NCBI GenBank assembly: GCA_002269645.1
Contig: NIVC01002822.1
Span: 1-64,000, forward strand
Source: Macrostomum lignano
Taxonomy: Eukaryota
Direction of reading: 5' to 3'
Length of the DNA: 64,000 nucleotides
Below, one piece after another: positions 12,490-25,888 of the stretch; position 1 is the stretch's first letter, and each line of letters starts with the position of its first letter. The notes under the pieces were generated by a model, which did not search any database, was not told the DNA's origin, and saw only the letters and a program-made list of their open reading frames with translations. Both the position numbers and the translations under genes were made by a program.

Positions 12490-14760
12490 AGAGATTATTT
12501 GCAGAGCCATTATATTTGGACGCCCCTGCAAATAGTGCTGCCACCTCCTGGCATCGCGGCCAGATCAACAGATCGCGCATGACCTCGGTTGGCTCGAACG
12601 GCCGCGCCTCGGCTGCGGTAGCAAAGCTCAGCGCACCAGGGACACTCAGAGGTCGGCCCAGCGCGCAATGTCGCACTGAGCGGCGGCGTGAGCGCAACCG
12701 GCGAGGGCGACTCCGTGGCGCGGCCAGGCGCCTGTTGCCCCCCGTCCCTGCAATTCCAACTATGGATCCACCGGGTAGCGCCGGGGACCACGAGGCCAAT
12801 CTCCATCTGGCCCCAGCTGTACCAGTTGGCCGCACTCTGAAGGCCCCCTGGCGTCGCATCATTCTCATCGAGCTGGCCCACGACCTACAGCTGGACCTTA
12901 TCATGCTGCAGGAGGAGGTCGATCCGACTGATGGGGGTCGACCAGCGCGCCCGCTGCATCCGGATGTTGTGCGAGTATGCACCCATTGCTGCTCACCCTA
13001 AGGAGGCTCGTTCCTTCTTCGACTTCCTGGCTAGGCAGCTGGAAGAGGTGCCAAACCGCGACACGCTGTCGGTGCTCGGAGACCTGAACGCAGTCCCGCG
13101 GAGGTCCGAGCGCTCACCCTTTGTCACGGGACGCGAGAACGCCAACACCGATGCGCTGGAGGACCTGCTTGACCGGCTGGACCTGGTGTCCACGAAAACC
13201 CTAGCCCCCTGCCCGCCTGGTTACCTTTGCCGGCTGCAAGAGAAGGCGGCGGAACGCACGCGGGCAGAACGCCACGAGGAGACTGGCACAACTCGACCAT
13301 GCGCTGGTTCGCACTCGCGAGCGCCGCCGCGTCACCAACTGCGACACTATGGCTCCGCTAGCTCTCCGGTCAGACCACAGACTCCTGCTCTGCGACTTGC
13401 GGCTCCACGACCAGCTCTACCGACCTCCAAAGCAGCGGCCACGGCGCTACTATCGCGCTCTGTCGGACATCCGCGTGAATCGTCAAATTCGTGGCCCCTT
13501 TCGTCGGCGCGCTAGGAGACCAACGTGAGGCGGAGTATTCCGACATCAGCACCACCGTTAGGGCTGCTGCGGAGCAGACAGTCCCGCTGATGCAACCGGC
13601 GCAGAAATCGCTGGCTTTCTGGCAGAGCGACCCGACCATCAGGCAAGCGTGGCTCAGCATCGAGCGACTCCGCAGAAACCGGCGGCCGACAGGCGACGCT
13701 GAAGACGCGTTTGAGCGCCTTCTAGATGAGCGGCAGCAGGCCGCTGTCGACGACGCCGTCCGGACCATTACTGCAGCCGGCCTGAAGTGAGGAGCCGCGC
13801 AGTGTGGACGGCCGTCCGGACTCTGACGGGACGCAAAAAGCGCGTGGCGCTGAATCTGGCCGGTGATACCTCGGAGGAGCGCATTAATGAATTGCGGGAG
13901 TGAACGCAGGAGTGAACGCGCCATCGTCGTCACTGTTTGTCAGTTTTGCGCTCCCACTGGACATGCCGCTCCCAGCTGAGGAGGACATCTGCATTAGCCT
14001 AGTTACCATGGAGGACGTTGTGCTGTTCGCTCGGGAAACACCAGGCGGCAAGGCGCTCGGCCCCAAAAAAGTTTCGGTCGAAGAGCTGCGGCTCCGCTGT
14101 GTGGCCTCCTAGGTCACAGGCGTCGTGAACCAGCGTGCTCGCCCGCGCCCCTTCGCCCACCGAGTGGACCGTCGTGCACATCGTGCCGATCCCGAAGAAG
14201 GCAGGAACAACGTGGAAAGAAGACCACCACGGATGGATCTCGCTGTCCTGCCTCGCGAAGCTCTTCAACCGGCTGCTGCTGGATCGTCTGCAGTCGGTGC
14301 TAGACCCGTACCTTCGGTACGAGCAGAACGGATTCCGGCCGCAACGCGGTACAGTGACACAGATCATCGCACTCCGCCGTGTCATCGAGGAGGCGCGCAT
14401 CCGCCAGTCTATGCTGATCATTGTCTTCGTTGACTTTCGAAAGGCGTTTGACTCGGTGCTGAGAGCCGCGCTTCCCTTCGTCCCTCGAGCCTACCGGGTC
14501 GAAGGCAGCTAATCAAAGCGATACTCGAACTGCTGTGGTGATGGCGAGCGGCCAGTCTGACCTGTTTGAAAATTAATCGGGAATTTTGCAGGGCGACACG
14601 ACACGCTAGCACCGTTCCTCTTTGTGCTGCGGCTGGACTGGGTGCTCCAGACCGCGCTCCCTGGCTGACGACGGCTTCCTGCTGCGCAGACGCATCGGTC
14701 GCCGCCACGGCGAAAAGCGTCTGAATGAGCTTGGCTACGCCGACGACCTCGCCGATGCAT
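12490..14760 (+). mobile_element. Decayed RTE-like LINE with APE endonuclease and RT
   Basis: Endonuclease motifs LDLIMLQE, YAP and LGDLNA. RT motifs VPIPKK, LAKLFNRLLLDRL, EQNGFR, FVDFRKAFDS and LGYADDL (~14730). Multiple frameshifts and deletions; boundaries approximate. Confidence 0.85.
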
Positions 14761-14930
14761 CAAAGTTGGTACATCTCTTCGCTGTGCCCCTGTAAAAAAC
14801 CGGCCTCATCTTGCAGGGAGACCCTGACTCATGGCCATAACCTTGCGTGTCCTGATGTTAGCTAAATAAGGCCCTGCATTAGCGAAGCTGCGTTGCTAGA
14901 GCTGATGCCAGTAAAAAATTTAGAAAAAAA

Positions 14931-16977
14931 TTGAAGGTAAAAACAGGATACATAATAACTGATACTCAGTGCTTCATGGGTGATGCATCGGATCAAACAC
15001 AAAAATTGCAGGTAAACATAGGATACATAATAACTGATACTCAGTGCTTCATGGGTGATGCATCGGATCAAACACAAAAATTGCAGGTAAACATAGCATA
15101 CATAATAACTGGTACTCAGTGCTTCATGGGTGATGCATCGGATCAAACACAAAAATTGCAGGTAAACATAGCATACATAATAACTGATACTCAGTGCTTC
15201 ATGGGTGATGCATCGGATCAAACACAAAAATTGCAGGTAAACATAGCATACATAATAACTGATCCTCAGTGCTTCATGGGTGATGCATCGGATCAAACAC
15301 AAAAATTGCAGGTAAACATAGGATACATAATAACTGATCCTCAGTGCTTCATGGGTGATGCATCGGATCAAACACAAAAATTGCAGGTAAACATAGGATA
15401 CATAATAACTGATACTCAGTGCTTCATGGGTGATGCATCGGATCAAACACAAAAATTGCAGGTAAACATAGGATACATAATAACTGATACTCAGTGCTTC
15501 ATGGGTGATGCATCGGATCAAACACAAAAATTGCAGGTAAACATAGCATACATAATAACTGATCCTCAGTGCTTCATGGGTGATGCATCGGATCAAACAC
15601 AAAAATTGCAGGTAAACATAGGATACATAATAACTGATCCTCAGTGCTTCATGGGTGATGCATCGGATCAAACACAAAAATTGCAGGTAAACATAGGATA
15701 CATAATAACTGATCCTCAGTGCTTCATGGGTGATGCATCGGATCAAACACAAAAATTGCAGGTAAACATAGCATACATAATTACTGATACTCAGTGCTTC
15801 ATGGGTGATGCATCGGATCAAACACAAAAATTGCAGGTAAACATAGCATACATAATTACTGATACTCAGTGCTCCATGGGTGATGCATCGGATCAAACAC
15901 AAAAATTGCAGGTAAACATAGCATACATAATTACTGATACTCAGTGCTCCATGGGTGATGCATCGGATCAAACACAAAAATTGCAGGTAAACATAGGATA
16001 CATAATAACTGATACTCAGTGCTTCATGGGTGATGCATCGGATCAAACACAAAAATTGCAGGTAAACATAGGATACATAATAACTGATACTCAGTGCTCC
16101 ATGGGTGATGCATCGGATCAAACACAAAAATTGCAGGTAAACATAGGATACATAATAACTGATACTCAGTGCTTCATGGGTGATGCATCGGATCAAACAC
16201 AAAAATTGCAGGTAAACATAGCATACATAATAACTGATACTCAGTGCTTCATGGGTGATGCATCGGATCAAACACAAAAATTGCAGGTAAACATAGGATA
16301 CATAATAACTGATACTCAGTGCTTCATGGGTGATGCATCGGATCAAACACAAAAATTGCAGGTAAACATAGGATACATAATAACTGATCCTCAGTGCTTC
16401 ATGGGTGATGCATCGGATCAAACACAAAAATTGCAGGTAAACATAGCATACATAATTACTGATACTCAGTGCTTCATGGGTGATGCATCGGATCAAACAC
16501 AAAAATTGCAGGTAAACATAGCATACATAATTACTGATACTCAGTGCTCCATGGGTGATGCATCGGATCAAACACAAAAATTGCAGGTAAACATAGCATA
16601 CATAATTACTGATACTCAGTGCTCCATGGGTGATGCATCGGATCAAACACAAAAATTGCAGGTAAACATAGGATACATAATAACTGATACTCAGTGCTTC
16701 ATGGGTGATGCATCGGATCAAACACAAAAATTGCAGGTAAACATAGGATACATAATAACTGATACTCAGTGCTCCATGGGTGATGCATCGGATCAAACAC
16801 AAAAATTGCAGGTAAACATAGGATACATAATAACTGATACTCAGTGCTTCATGGGTGATGCATCGGATCAAACACAAAAATTGCAGGTAAACATAGGATA
16901 CATAATAACTGATACTCAGTGCTTCATGGGTGATGCATCGGATCAAACACAAAAATTGCAGGTAAACATAGGATACA
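14931..16977. repeat. 60-bp tandem array, left arm (~34 units)
   Basis: Unit ggtaaacataggatacataataactgatactcagtgcttcatgggtgatgcatcggatcaaacacaaaaattgca-type, with a few biallelic positions. Confidence 0.97.
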
Positions 16978-19804
16978 TCTTCTAATCTTCTAATCTTCTA
17001 ATCTTCTAATCTTCTAATCTTCTAATATATCTTCTAATCTTCTAATATATCTAAAGTAGCAACCCCCCCCCTCCACCGGCCCTGTCTGTCTGTGGGTATG
17101 TAACAGGTTATCTCCCAAAAGGCTCAACCGATTTTCTCCGTTTCTTCGCCAAAAGATGTCAAATGTGCCCGGGACGGTACATGTAATTTTATTAAGCTCT
17201 AGCTCAATGCTAAGGGGATTAAATATTCGAAAAACTGTTTTAAATGGCCTTTTTAGTGTATTTTTTTATCAGCCTGCGCGCAGCGAGAAACTTCACAGCC
17301 AATTTTAATGATTGCGCCAGAGCCAACTGATAAGAAAATTCACTTTGCCCCACTGCCCAGATAATTACTCTATTTAACTTGCGTAACCAATTAAGGGGGG
17401 GGGGGTATAATAAAAATTCTGGATGCTTTCCAATATACTAAAAATCAAAACTATGTACCTATAGGAACCTTCGCTTAACTTCACTCTACATGGTCGGAAT
17501 TTCGTGGGGTTTTCTGCATTCGATGCGTATTGATGGTGCGCTGGTACACAAAATTTTGCTAAGAAATTGCTTTATTTTTTCGGGCTTAAATATTCGAAAA
17601 ACTCGATTTTTACCCCGTTTTTTAAAGTTCAAACAGTTCTTTCCGATTGAGAAGCAGTCTGACTGCCGATGGAATTGTATTGCATCATAACTCAGTGCCA
17701 ACTATAGCATTGGTTCTCTACACTCGCGTGGAGAGCTACAAGCGTTGAAAGGTTGCGCAACACATTTTAGATACTGAAATTGAGGGGCGGGTGTCGCTAT
17801 TCAATTAGTCCTGGGCATTGGCTTGGTTGTTAATTTTAATGGATCAACTTGCAGGCCTCTCACTGTAACTGGCGCTGAATGTACACCTTTATGAATTTGA
17901 ATGCTTTAAAGCAGGAATGTTCAATTGTTATTTTTGCTTCGAGTTTTTCACTTTCAGAAGAGAGCCTTGTATTGCTGGAAAGAGCTAGAAACGCTGAGTT
18001 CGGGAATATAATTTGTTTGCTGAGATTCGAAAAATGAAAAGCACAGCATTAAAAAGAAGATTTCTATGCATTTTACTATATATACTCATTGTACACTCTC
18101 CCATAACGCAAACCCCTACTTTATCGCAACTCCACAATTCAAACCAGCGCCATTGGATTTCAATTTAGATTGCGTAACCATATTGTTGACTTTAATTGTT
18201 GACTTTAATAATTGAAACTGATATTGACTGCCTGAGAAATTGATTATGTCATAACTTGCTTCGAGCGATTTCTACTCTATGCTTGGAGTTTTCAGTGTTG
18301 AAATATATAAGTGCTAAAATTCATAGTGCTAAATTCAGAGAGCTAGCCTAGAAGTGAACAGACTGAACTGCTAATGCAGCGACGTGGGTTCGAATTTTTA
18401 GAGTGTAAAAGTTTTTTCTTAAAAATTTTAATTTCAAGACAGTTGAAGGAAACTTTAAAAAACGTCAAATAAATCAGATAAAAGAGAAGAAGCTACGAGC
18501 GTTCATGTAGTGTATTCGAAAATTCTTATTAAACTTTAACTTTTGAAAAGGATTATTGCACTAGATAAGAAATTAATTATTGTACGAGTACTAGCTGAGG
18601 AAATTTTCTTACTATCTTGCTTGGGGTACTTTATATCAGGGGATGCTTGCTATCGGAAGGACGCTTGCTCTTAGGGATGCTTGCTCAGGGGAGATTGCTG
18701 AGATGCCAAGACTTACTGGGGAATTATTCAAATATGCAGGCTTACTGGGGGAATTACTGAGATGTCAAAGGCTTAAAACGGACTTGCTGAGATGCCAAGG
18801 CTTAAGAGGAAATTGCTGAGATTTCAAGGCGTGGGGGAATCTCTGAGATGTCAAGGCTTTGGACGCCTTGATAGCTAAGATTTCAAGACTTACCGGGGGG
18901 AATAACTGAGATATAAAGGCTTACGCAGGGAATTACTGAGATGTGAAGGCTTGGGGAGGTATCGCTGAGATAGCAAGGCTTTGGATGGGGAGAAATTGCT
19001 AAGATGTCAAAACTTACTGGAGGAATCACCGAGATATAAAGGCTTACTTGGAGGACTGCTGAGATGTCAAGGCTTGGGGAAAATTTATGAGACGTCAAGT
19101 CTTGGGGGTTCCTGAAATTTCAAGTCTTGAGAGCGAATTGCTGAGATAACAAAGCTTAAGAGAGAATTACTGAGGTGTCAAGCTTGGGGGAAATTGTTGA
19201 GATGTCAATTCTTGGGGGGGGGATTCTATGGATTGGAGATTCTTTCCACAAGGGCTGCTTCTAATGGATATCTTTAGATAGGTGATTCATTGGGAAATTC
19301 CTTCGATGGGGGATTCTTTCGATGGAGGGTTCTTTGAATGGGGGGTTCTTTAGATGAATGATTCATTCGATAAAGGGATCCTTTTGGATATGGCATTGTT
19401 TGGACGGGGATTCTTTAGATGAGTCTTCGGATAGGGGTTTCTATAAATGGGAGGTTTTTTGGATGGGGTATTCTTTGCATGTGAGATTCTTTGTATCGTG
19501 GATTCTTTGGATGGGAGATTCAGTTGGGTTAAATTTTATTGTGTAAGAAAACTGTGGTTGGAGTTTGGACGAAAAGCCCAAACGGGGGTTGGAATTGGCT
19601 AGCTGAGGAAATTGTTTCACTAATCTTGCTGGGGGTACTTTCTATCAAGGGATGATTGCTATCAGAAGGACGTTTTCTCTTGGGGGATGCTTGCTCGGAA
19701 TAAAATTCTAAGATGTCAAGATTTACAGGGGAATTATTGAGATACATGTATAAAATCTTACCTTAAGAGAGACTTGCTGAGATGCCAAGGCTTGTGAGGG
19801 GAAT

Positions 19805-20340
19805 TGCTGAGATTTCAAGTCTTAGGGGTAAACTGCTGAGATGTCAAGTCTTAGGGGTAAACTGCTGAGATGTCAAGTCTAAGGGGTAAACTGCTGAGAT
19901 GTCAAGTCTAAGGGGTAAACTGCTGAGATGTCAAGTCTTAGGGGTAAACTGCTGAGATGTCAAGTCTTAGGGGTAAACTGCTGAGATGTCAAGTCTAAGG
20001 GGTAAACTGCTGAGATGTCAAGTCTTAGGGGTAAACTGCTGAGATGTCAAGTCTTAGGGGTAAACTGCTGAGATGTCAAGTCTAAGGGGTAAATTGCTGA
20101 GATGTCAAGTCTAAGGGGTAAACTGCTGAGATGTCAAGTCTTAGGGGTAAACTGCTGAGATGTCAAGTCTTAGGGGTAAACTGCTGAGATGTCAAGTCTT
20201 AGGGGTAAACTGCTGAGATGTCAAGTCTTAGGGGTAAACTGCTGAGATGTCAAGTCTTAGGGGTAAACTGCTGAGATGTCAAGTCTTAGGGGTAAACTGC
20301 TGAGATGTCAAGTCTTAGGGGTAAATTGCTGAGATGTCTA
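19805..20340. repeat. 26-27-bp tandem array inside the Helitron
   Basis: (ctgctgagatgtcaagtcttaggggtaaa)n. Confidence 0.95.
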
Positions 20341-20999
20341 ATCTTGTCGCCGTCAGGGAATTGCTGAGATGCCAAGGCTTAAGAGGGACTTGCTCAGATG
20401 TCAAAGCTTGTGGGGAATCAAGGCTCAGAGGGAGTTCCTGAGATGTCAAGTCTTGGGAAGGAGAATTACTCAGATGTCAAGGCTTGGGGAATTTCTGAGA
20501 TGTCAAGGCTTGGGGGGATTGCTGAGATGTGAAGGCTTAAGAAGGAATTGCTGAGGTGTCAAGACTTTGGGAGGGAAATCGCTGAGATGCCAATGCTTTG
20601 GACGGGGAGAAATTGCTAAGATGTCAAGACTTACTGGAGGAATTACTGAGATATGAAGGCTTACTGGGGGAATTACTGATATGTCAAGGCTTGGGGAGGG
20701 GAATTACTGAGAAGTCAAGGCTTTGGACGGGGAGAAATTGGTAAGATGTCAAGGCTTGCACCGGAATTGCTGAGATGTCAATGCTTGGGGGAAATTTCTG
20801 AGGTGTCGAGGCTTGGGGGAACGGCTGAGATGTTAAGCCTTGGGGGAAATTCTATGGATTGATGATTCTTTGGATGAGGGATGCTTTTAATGTATATCTT
20901 TGATTCATTGAGGAATTCCTTCGATGGGGCATTGTTTCGATGGAGGATTTTTTGAATCGGGGGATTCTTTAGATAAAGGATTCTTTTGATGGGGGATAT

Positions 21000-21500
21000 T
21001 TGGACGGGGGTTTTTTAGATGAGGGGATTCTTTGGCCAAGAATTCTATTGATAGGGGAATTATTTGGATGGGAGATTCTTTGGATTATTTGTATGGGGAT
21101 TATTTGGACGGGGTTCTTTAGATGAGGAAATTCTTTGGCCAAGAATTCTATTGATAGGAGGATTATTTGGATGGGAGATTCTTTGGATTCTTTGGATGGG
21201 GATTATTTGGACGGGGTTCTTTAGATGAGGAAATTCTTTGGCCAAGAATTCTATTGATAGGAGGATTATTTGGATGGGAGATTCTTTGGATTATTTGTAT
21301 GGGGATTATTTGGACGGGGTTCTTTAGATGAGGAAATTCTTTGGCCAAGAATTCTATTGATAGGAGGATTATTTGGATGGGAGATTCTTTGGATTCTTTG
21401 GATGGGGATTATTTGGACGGGGTTCTTTAGATGAGGAAATTCTTTGGCCAAGAATTCTATTGATAGGAGGATTATTTGGATGGGAGATTCTTTGGATTCT
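21000..21500. repeat. 103-bp tandem repeat inside the Helitron
   Basis: ttctttggccaagaattctattgatagg recurs every 103 bp. Confidence 0.9.
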
Positions 21501-22210
21501 TTGGATGGGGATTTTGTGGATGGGGATTATGATATGAATTATTTGGGTGGATTCTTTGGATATGGATGGATGGAGGATTCTTTGGATGGGAATTCTGTGG
21601 ATGAGGATTTATTGAGTAGGGGATTCATTGGATGGGGAATTCTTCAGATGGGAGGATTCCTTGAAAGGGGAATTCTTCGGATCGGTGATTCAATCGATGG
21701 GGGTTCTTTGGATAAAGGATTCTTTGCATGTGAGATTTTTTGCATCGGAGATTTTGTGGATAGGGAAAACTGTGATTGGAGTTTGGACGGAAAGCCCCAA
21801 CGGACTTATTTCTGTAATAAGGGATTCATTGGACGGGGAATTCTTCAGATGGGAGGATTCATTCTTCGGATCGAGGATTCTATCAATGGGATGGGATGGG
21901 ATGGGACGGGAAGGATTGGTATTCTTTGCATGTCAGATTCTATGGATGGGCGACTCATTAAATAGGGAATTCTACAGATAGAGGATTCCTTGAATGGGGA
22001 ATTCTTCGGATCGGGGATTCTGTCGATGGGGGGTTCTTTGTATGGGATTCTTTGGATGAGGGTTTTTTGCATGTGAGATTATTTGCATCAGGGACTTTAT
22101 GGATTAGAGATTCTTTGGATGGGGGGTTGAGTTGGGTGAATTTCTTTTGCGTGGGAAAACTTTGGTAGGAGTTCTGACGGAAAGCCCCAACGGGGGTTGG
22201 AATTGGCTAG

Positions 22211-23757
22211 TAATAACTGATCCTCAGTGCTTCATGGGTGATGCATCGGATCAAACACAAAAATTGCAGGTAAACATAGCATACATAATTACTGATACTC
22301 AGTGCTCCATGGGTGATGCATCGGATCAAACACAAAAATTGCAGGTAAACATAGCATACATAATTACTGATACTCAGTGCTCCATGGGTGATGCATCGGA
22401 TCAAACACAAAAATTGCAGGTAAACATAGCATACATAATTACTGATACTCAGTGCTTCATGGGTGATGCATCGGATCAAACACAAAAATTGCAGGTAAAC
22501 ATAGGATACATAATAACTGATACTCAGTGCTTCATGGGTGATGCATCGGATCAAACACAAAAATTGCAGGTAAACATAGCATACATAATAACTGATCCTC
22601 AGTGCTTCATGGGTGATGCATCGGATCAAACACAAAAATTGCAGGTAAACATAGCATACATAATTACTGATACTCAGTGCTCCATGGGTGATGCATCGGA
22701 TCGAACACAAAAATTGCAGGTAAACATAGCATACATAATTACTGATACTCAGTGCTCCATGGGTGATGCATGGGATCAAACACAAAAATTGCAGGTAAAC
22801 ATAGCATACATAATTACTGATACTCAGTAATCCATGGGTGATGCATCGGATCAAACACAAAAATTGCAGGTAAACATAGCATACATAATTACTGATACTC
22901 AGTGCTCCATGGGTGATGCATCGGATCAAACACAAAAATTGCAGGTAAACATAGGATACATAATAACTGATACTCAGTGCTTCATGGGTGATGCATCGGA
23001 TCAAACACAAAAATTGCAGGTAAACATAGCATACATAATAACTGGTACTCAGTGCTTCATGGGTGATGCATCGGATCAAACACAAAAATTGCAGGTAAAC
23101 ATAGCATACATAATAACTGGTACTCAGTGCTTCATGGGTGATGCATCGGATCAAACACAAAAATTGCAGGTAAACATAGGATACATAATTACTGATACTC
23201 AGTGCTTCATGGGTGATGCATCGGATCAAACACAAAAATTGCAGGTAAACATAGGATACATAATAACTGATACTCAGTGCTTCATGGGTGATGCATCGGA
23301 TCAAACACAAAAATTGCAGGTAAACATAGCATACATAATAACTGATCCTCAGTGCTTCATGGGTGATGCATCGGATCAAACACAAAAATTGCAGGTAAAC
23401 ATAGCATACATAATAACTGGTACTCAGTGCTTCATGGGTGATGCATCGGATCAAACACAAAAATTGCAGGTAAACATAGCATACATAATAACTGGTACTC
23501 AGTGCTTCATGGGTGATGCATCGGATCAAACACAAAAATTGCAGGTAAACATAGCATACATAATAACTGATCCTCAGTGCTTCATGGGTGATGCATCGGA
23601 TCAAACACAAAAATTGCAGGTAAACATAGGATACATAATAACTGATCCTCAGTGCTTCATGGGTGATGCATCGGATCAAACACAAAAATTGCAGGTAAAC
23701 ATAGGATACATAATAACTGATCCTCAGTGCTTCATGGGTGATGCATCGGATCGAACA
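22211..23757. repeat. 60-bp tandem array, right arm (~26 units)
   Basis: Same unit as 14931-16977, resuming in register after the Helitron. Confidence 0.97.
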
Positions 23758-24759
23758 CAGTTGCAGAATCGCTTGAGCAAAACAGTTACATCTAATGGAA
23801 TTTACTTAAAAGTAGAAAAGACTTCACAGTCCAGTGAGCACCGCTACTAATAGATCGGCACTCGATCCCAGAACCAGCGGTGGATGCGACATTTGCGTCA
23901 CGGATGCCTTGCTAGATCGATCTGCCTCTAGTTTTAAGTCTTCAGTGCAGTTGGTGTTTTAAGCTTAAAAAATGGAATCGAGGGACTTCTTCAATAGACG
24001 AATTTTGTACTCGGAAATGGTGCAAAATATGAGTCAATTCATAAACTTCATAATAGGAAGTATTTCTTAGTAACTTTCCATTAGCACCCTAAAACTAGAA
24101 AAAGAGAAAGACGGCGCTCGGCTTTTGAATTGCAAAACGATTCTTCATTGTTAAGCTTTTTTTGAGGCTGTGGGAGCCTTCACTGCTGCCAGGTGTCAGC
24201 GGTGACCGTGGTGTCTGTGGACAAGTGAGACAAACATGCAGACAACATGCGTGTCTCCATAATAATCTTAATTTATCTGTACATTGGTAAAAGTAAATTC
24301 CGCGACCTCCAAGTGTTCAAGACGGTGAGCCGAAGCGCTTCAGTGCTGCTGCTGTCCATGCGGATTCTCTGGGTGGCGCCAGGGACTGCGAGTGCGAGGC
24401 TCAATCACATCGAGCCCCAGCCGAACCACATGGCACACTTAATTAGGGTCGGGACACTGAACTGTCGAGCTCTCAGAGCCGCCTGATGGAGACCGACTGG
24501 ACTCTGGCAAAGGCTTCCTCGTCTGCGCGGAAACTTTTGCTTTTTGACCTTTCATGTGCTACTCCCAGCAATGTAAGCGCCGATTGGTGCAGAGACAAAC
24601 TGCCAACCCGCTCGCCTGCTGCATCCCGAGACAGCAAGTTAAAACGAACAGCTCAAAGATGCAAGACGACCTAAAGAAGAACCAGCCCTCGCAAATACAC
24701 AATTCTGATCTAAGCGCTGAACTCAACTTTAAAAAAAGATTTCATAATTCAGTATAAAA

Positions 24760-25730
24760 ATGCAGTATTCTGGTGAGCATTATCCTGAAACACTGTCTTA
24801 TGCCATTTTTCCCGCAGTTTTCACCATGCCAGCTCGCTCAGCTCAACCAGCCACTTTCCAGTCCGCGCTCTACTCGCCGTCCTCCTCGTCTGCCTAGTTT
24901 CTCGGCCCACCCGCTCCGACTGCCCCCTAGGTTGGCGCCGTCTGGAAACGAAGAGTTGTCTTAGCGACTCGCTGGCGCTGTGGACGCTGTGGCCTAACCC
25001 TTCCCGTATTCTCGCTGTGTGTTCAGCTCAGCCGGTCACTTTCCAGCCCGCGCTCTGCTCGCCGTCCTCTTCGTCTGCCTGGCTGCCTGGCCCGCCCGCT
25101 GCGACTGCCAACGACGTTGGCGCCGTCTGGAGACGAAGAGCTGCCTGAGCGACTCGCTGGCGCTGCTGATGAGACCGTCCGACTCCGAACTTGACTGCGT
25201 GCTCAAAGCCGAGCGCTCGAGCGGCCTGCAGGTAGTCCAGTTCGACTCGGACACTCGCCAGTGCTCGCTCTTCCAATACACCGCAGTGTGCCACCTCATC
25301 GATGGACTCGCTGCTGCAGAGAGCTCGAAGTCCCGCCGCTGTGCCGCATTCGCCAATGACAGAGCCGTCAAGTTCCTCACCTTGAGCAGGAAGCTCATTC
25401 TGGGTGTGGGCTCGAAGCTGAGGGCCGCCTGGGTGATGAGCGACGATGCGGACGCCAGCAGGAGCAACTGAGTGGAGCAGCGAAGGAGCCAAGCTAGACG
25501 GAGTGTCGTCCAAGATGTGGCTGGAGAACGTGGAGCTCGCGAGCGTGCAGCAGAGACTCACGTGGCTGGTCAGGCTCAAGCGGAGTGTCCGGAAGAGAGA
25601 AAACGCTGCTCGAATCCTACAACTGCGACTCCACGGGGAATCGGGGTGCGGCGTTCTGGAACGGCTGGACTGGTGGATGGGGCCTGTACTTCTTCAGGGT
25701 AGCTTCATCCTTGTTTGAGTACTACACGCC
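24760..25730 (+). pseudogene. PAN-like + LamG-like copy 3, pseudogene
   Basis: ATGCAGTATTCTG|gtgag exon at 24760-24772. The acceptor and exon-2 start are duplicated (24862 and 25047). A ~40-nt deletion creates TGA at 25469-25471, there is a +1 frameshift near 25600, and the copy is truncated after EYYTP (~25730). Confidence 0.9.
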
Positions 25731-25888
25731 TTCTTTTTTCTGTAAACAAGCTGCAGAAAGGTCTTCTGGAATAAGCAGGGCGTTGCAGATAGGAAAGCTT
25801 CTGGTGAATAAGCGAAGCTTCCATCAGATAGGCATTTTTCTTGCTGCAAGTTATCTAAGATCTTGAGAGGCTAGAGTTGACAGGATTA

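Larger units (their letters stand above)
16978..22210 (+). mobile_element. Non-autonomous Helitron
   Basis: Starts TC after host A (ggatacA|TC) and ends hairpin CCAACGGGGGTTGG + AATTGG + CTAG before host T (CTAG|Taataactga). The flanks rejoin into an exact array unit with no TSD. The 5' region has a ctgtctgtctgt...aaccgatttt motif typical of Helitron-like non-autonomous elements. No RepHel ORF. Confidence 0.9.

Noticed and set aside
14862-16985. ~690-aa ORFs on both strands (also 22132-23850)
   Set aside because: Artefact of a stop-free 60-bp unit. The monomer exists as non-coding single-copy sequence at ~9314-9388 and the array is split by a Helitron.
14931-23757. CRISPR-like array
   Set aside because: Head-to-tail repeats with no unique spacers, eukaryotic context and no cas genes.
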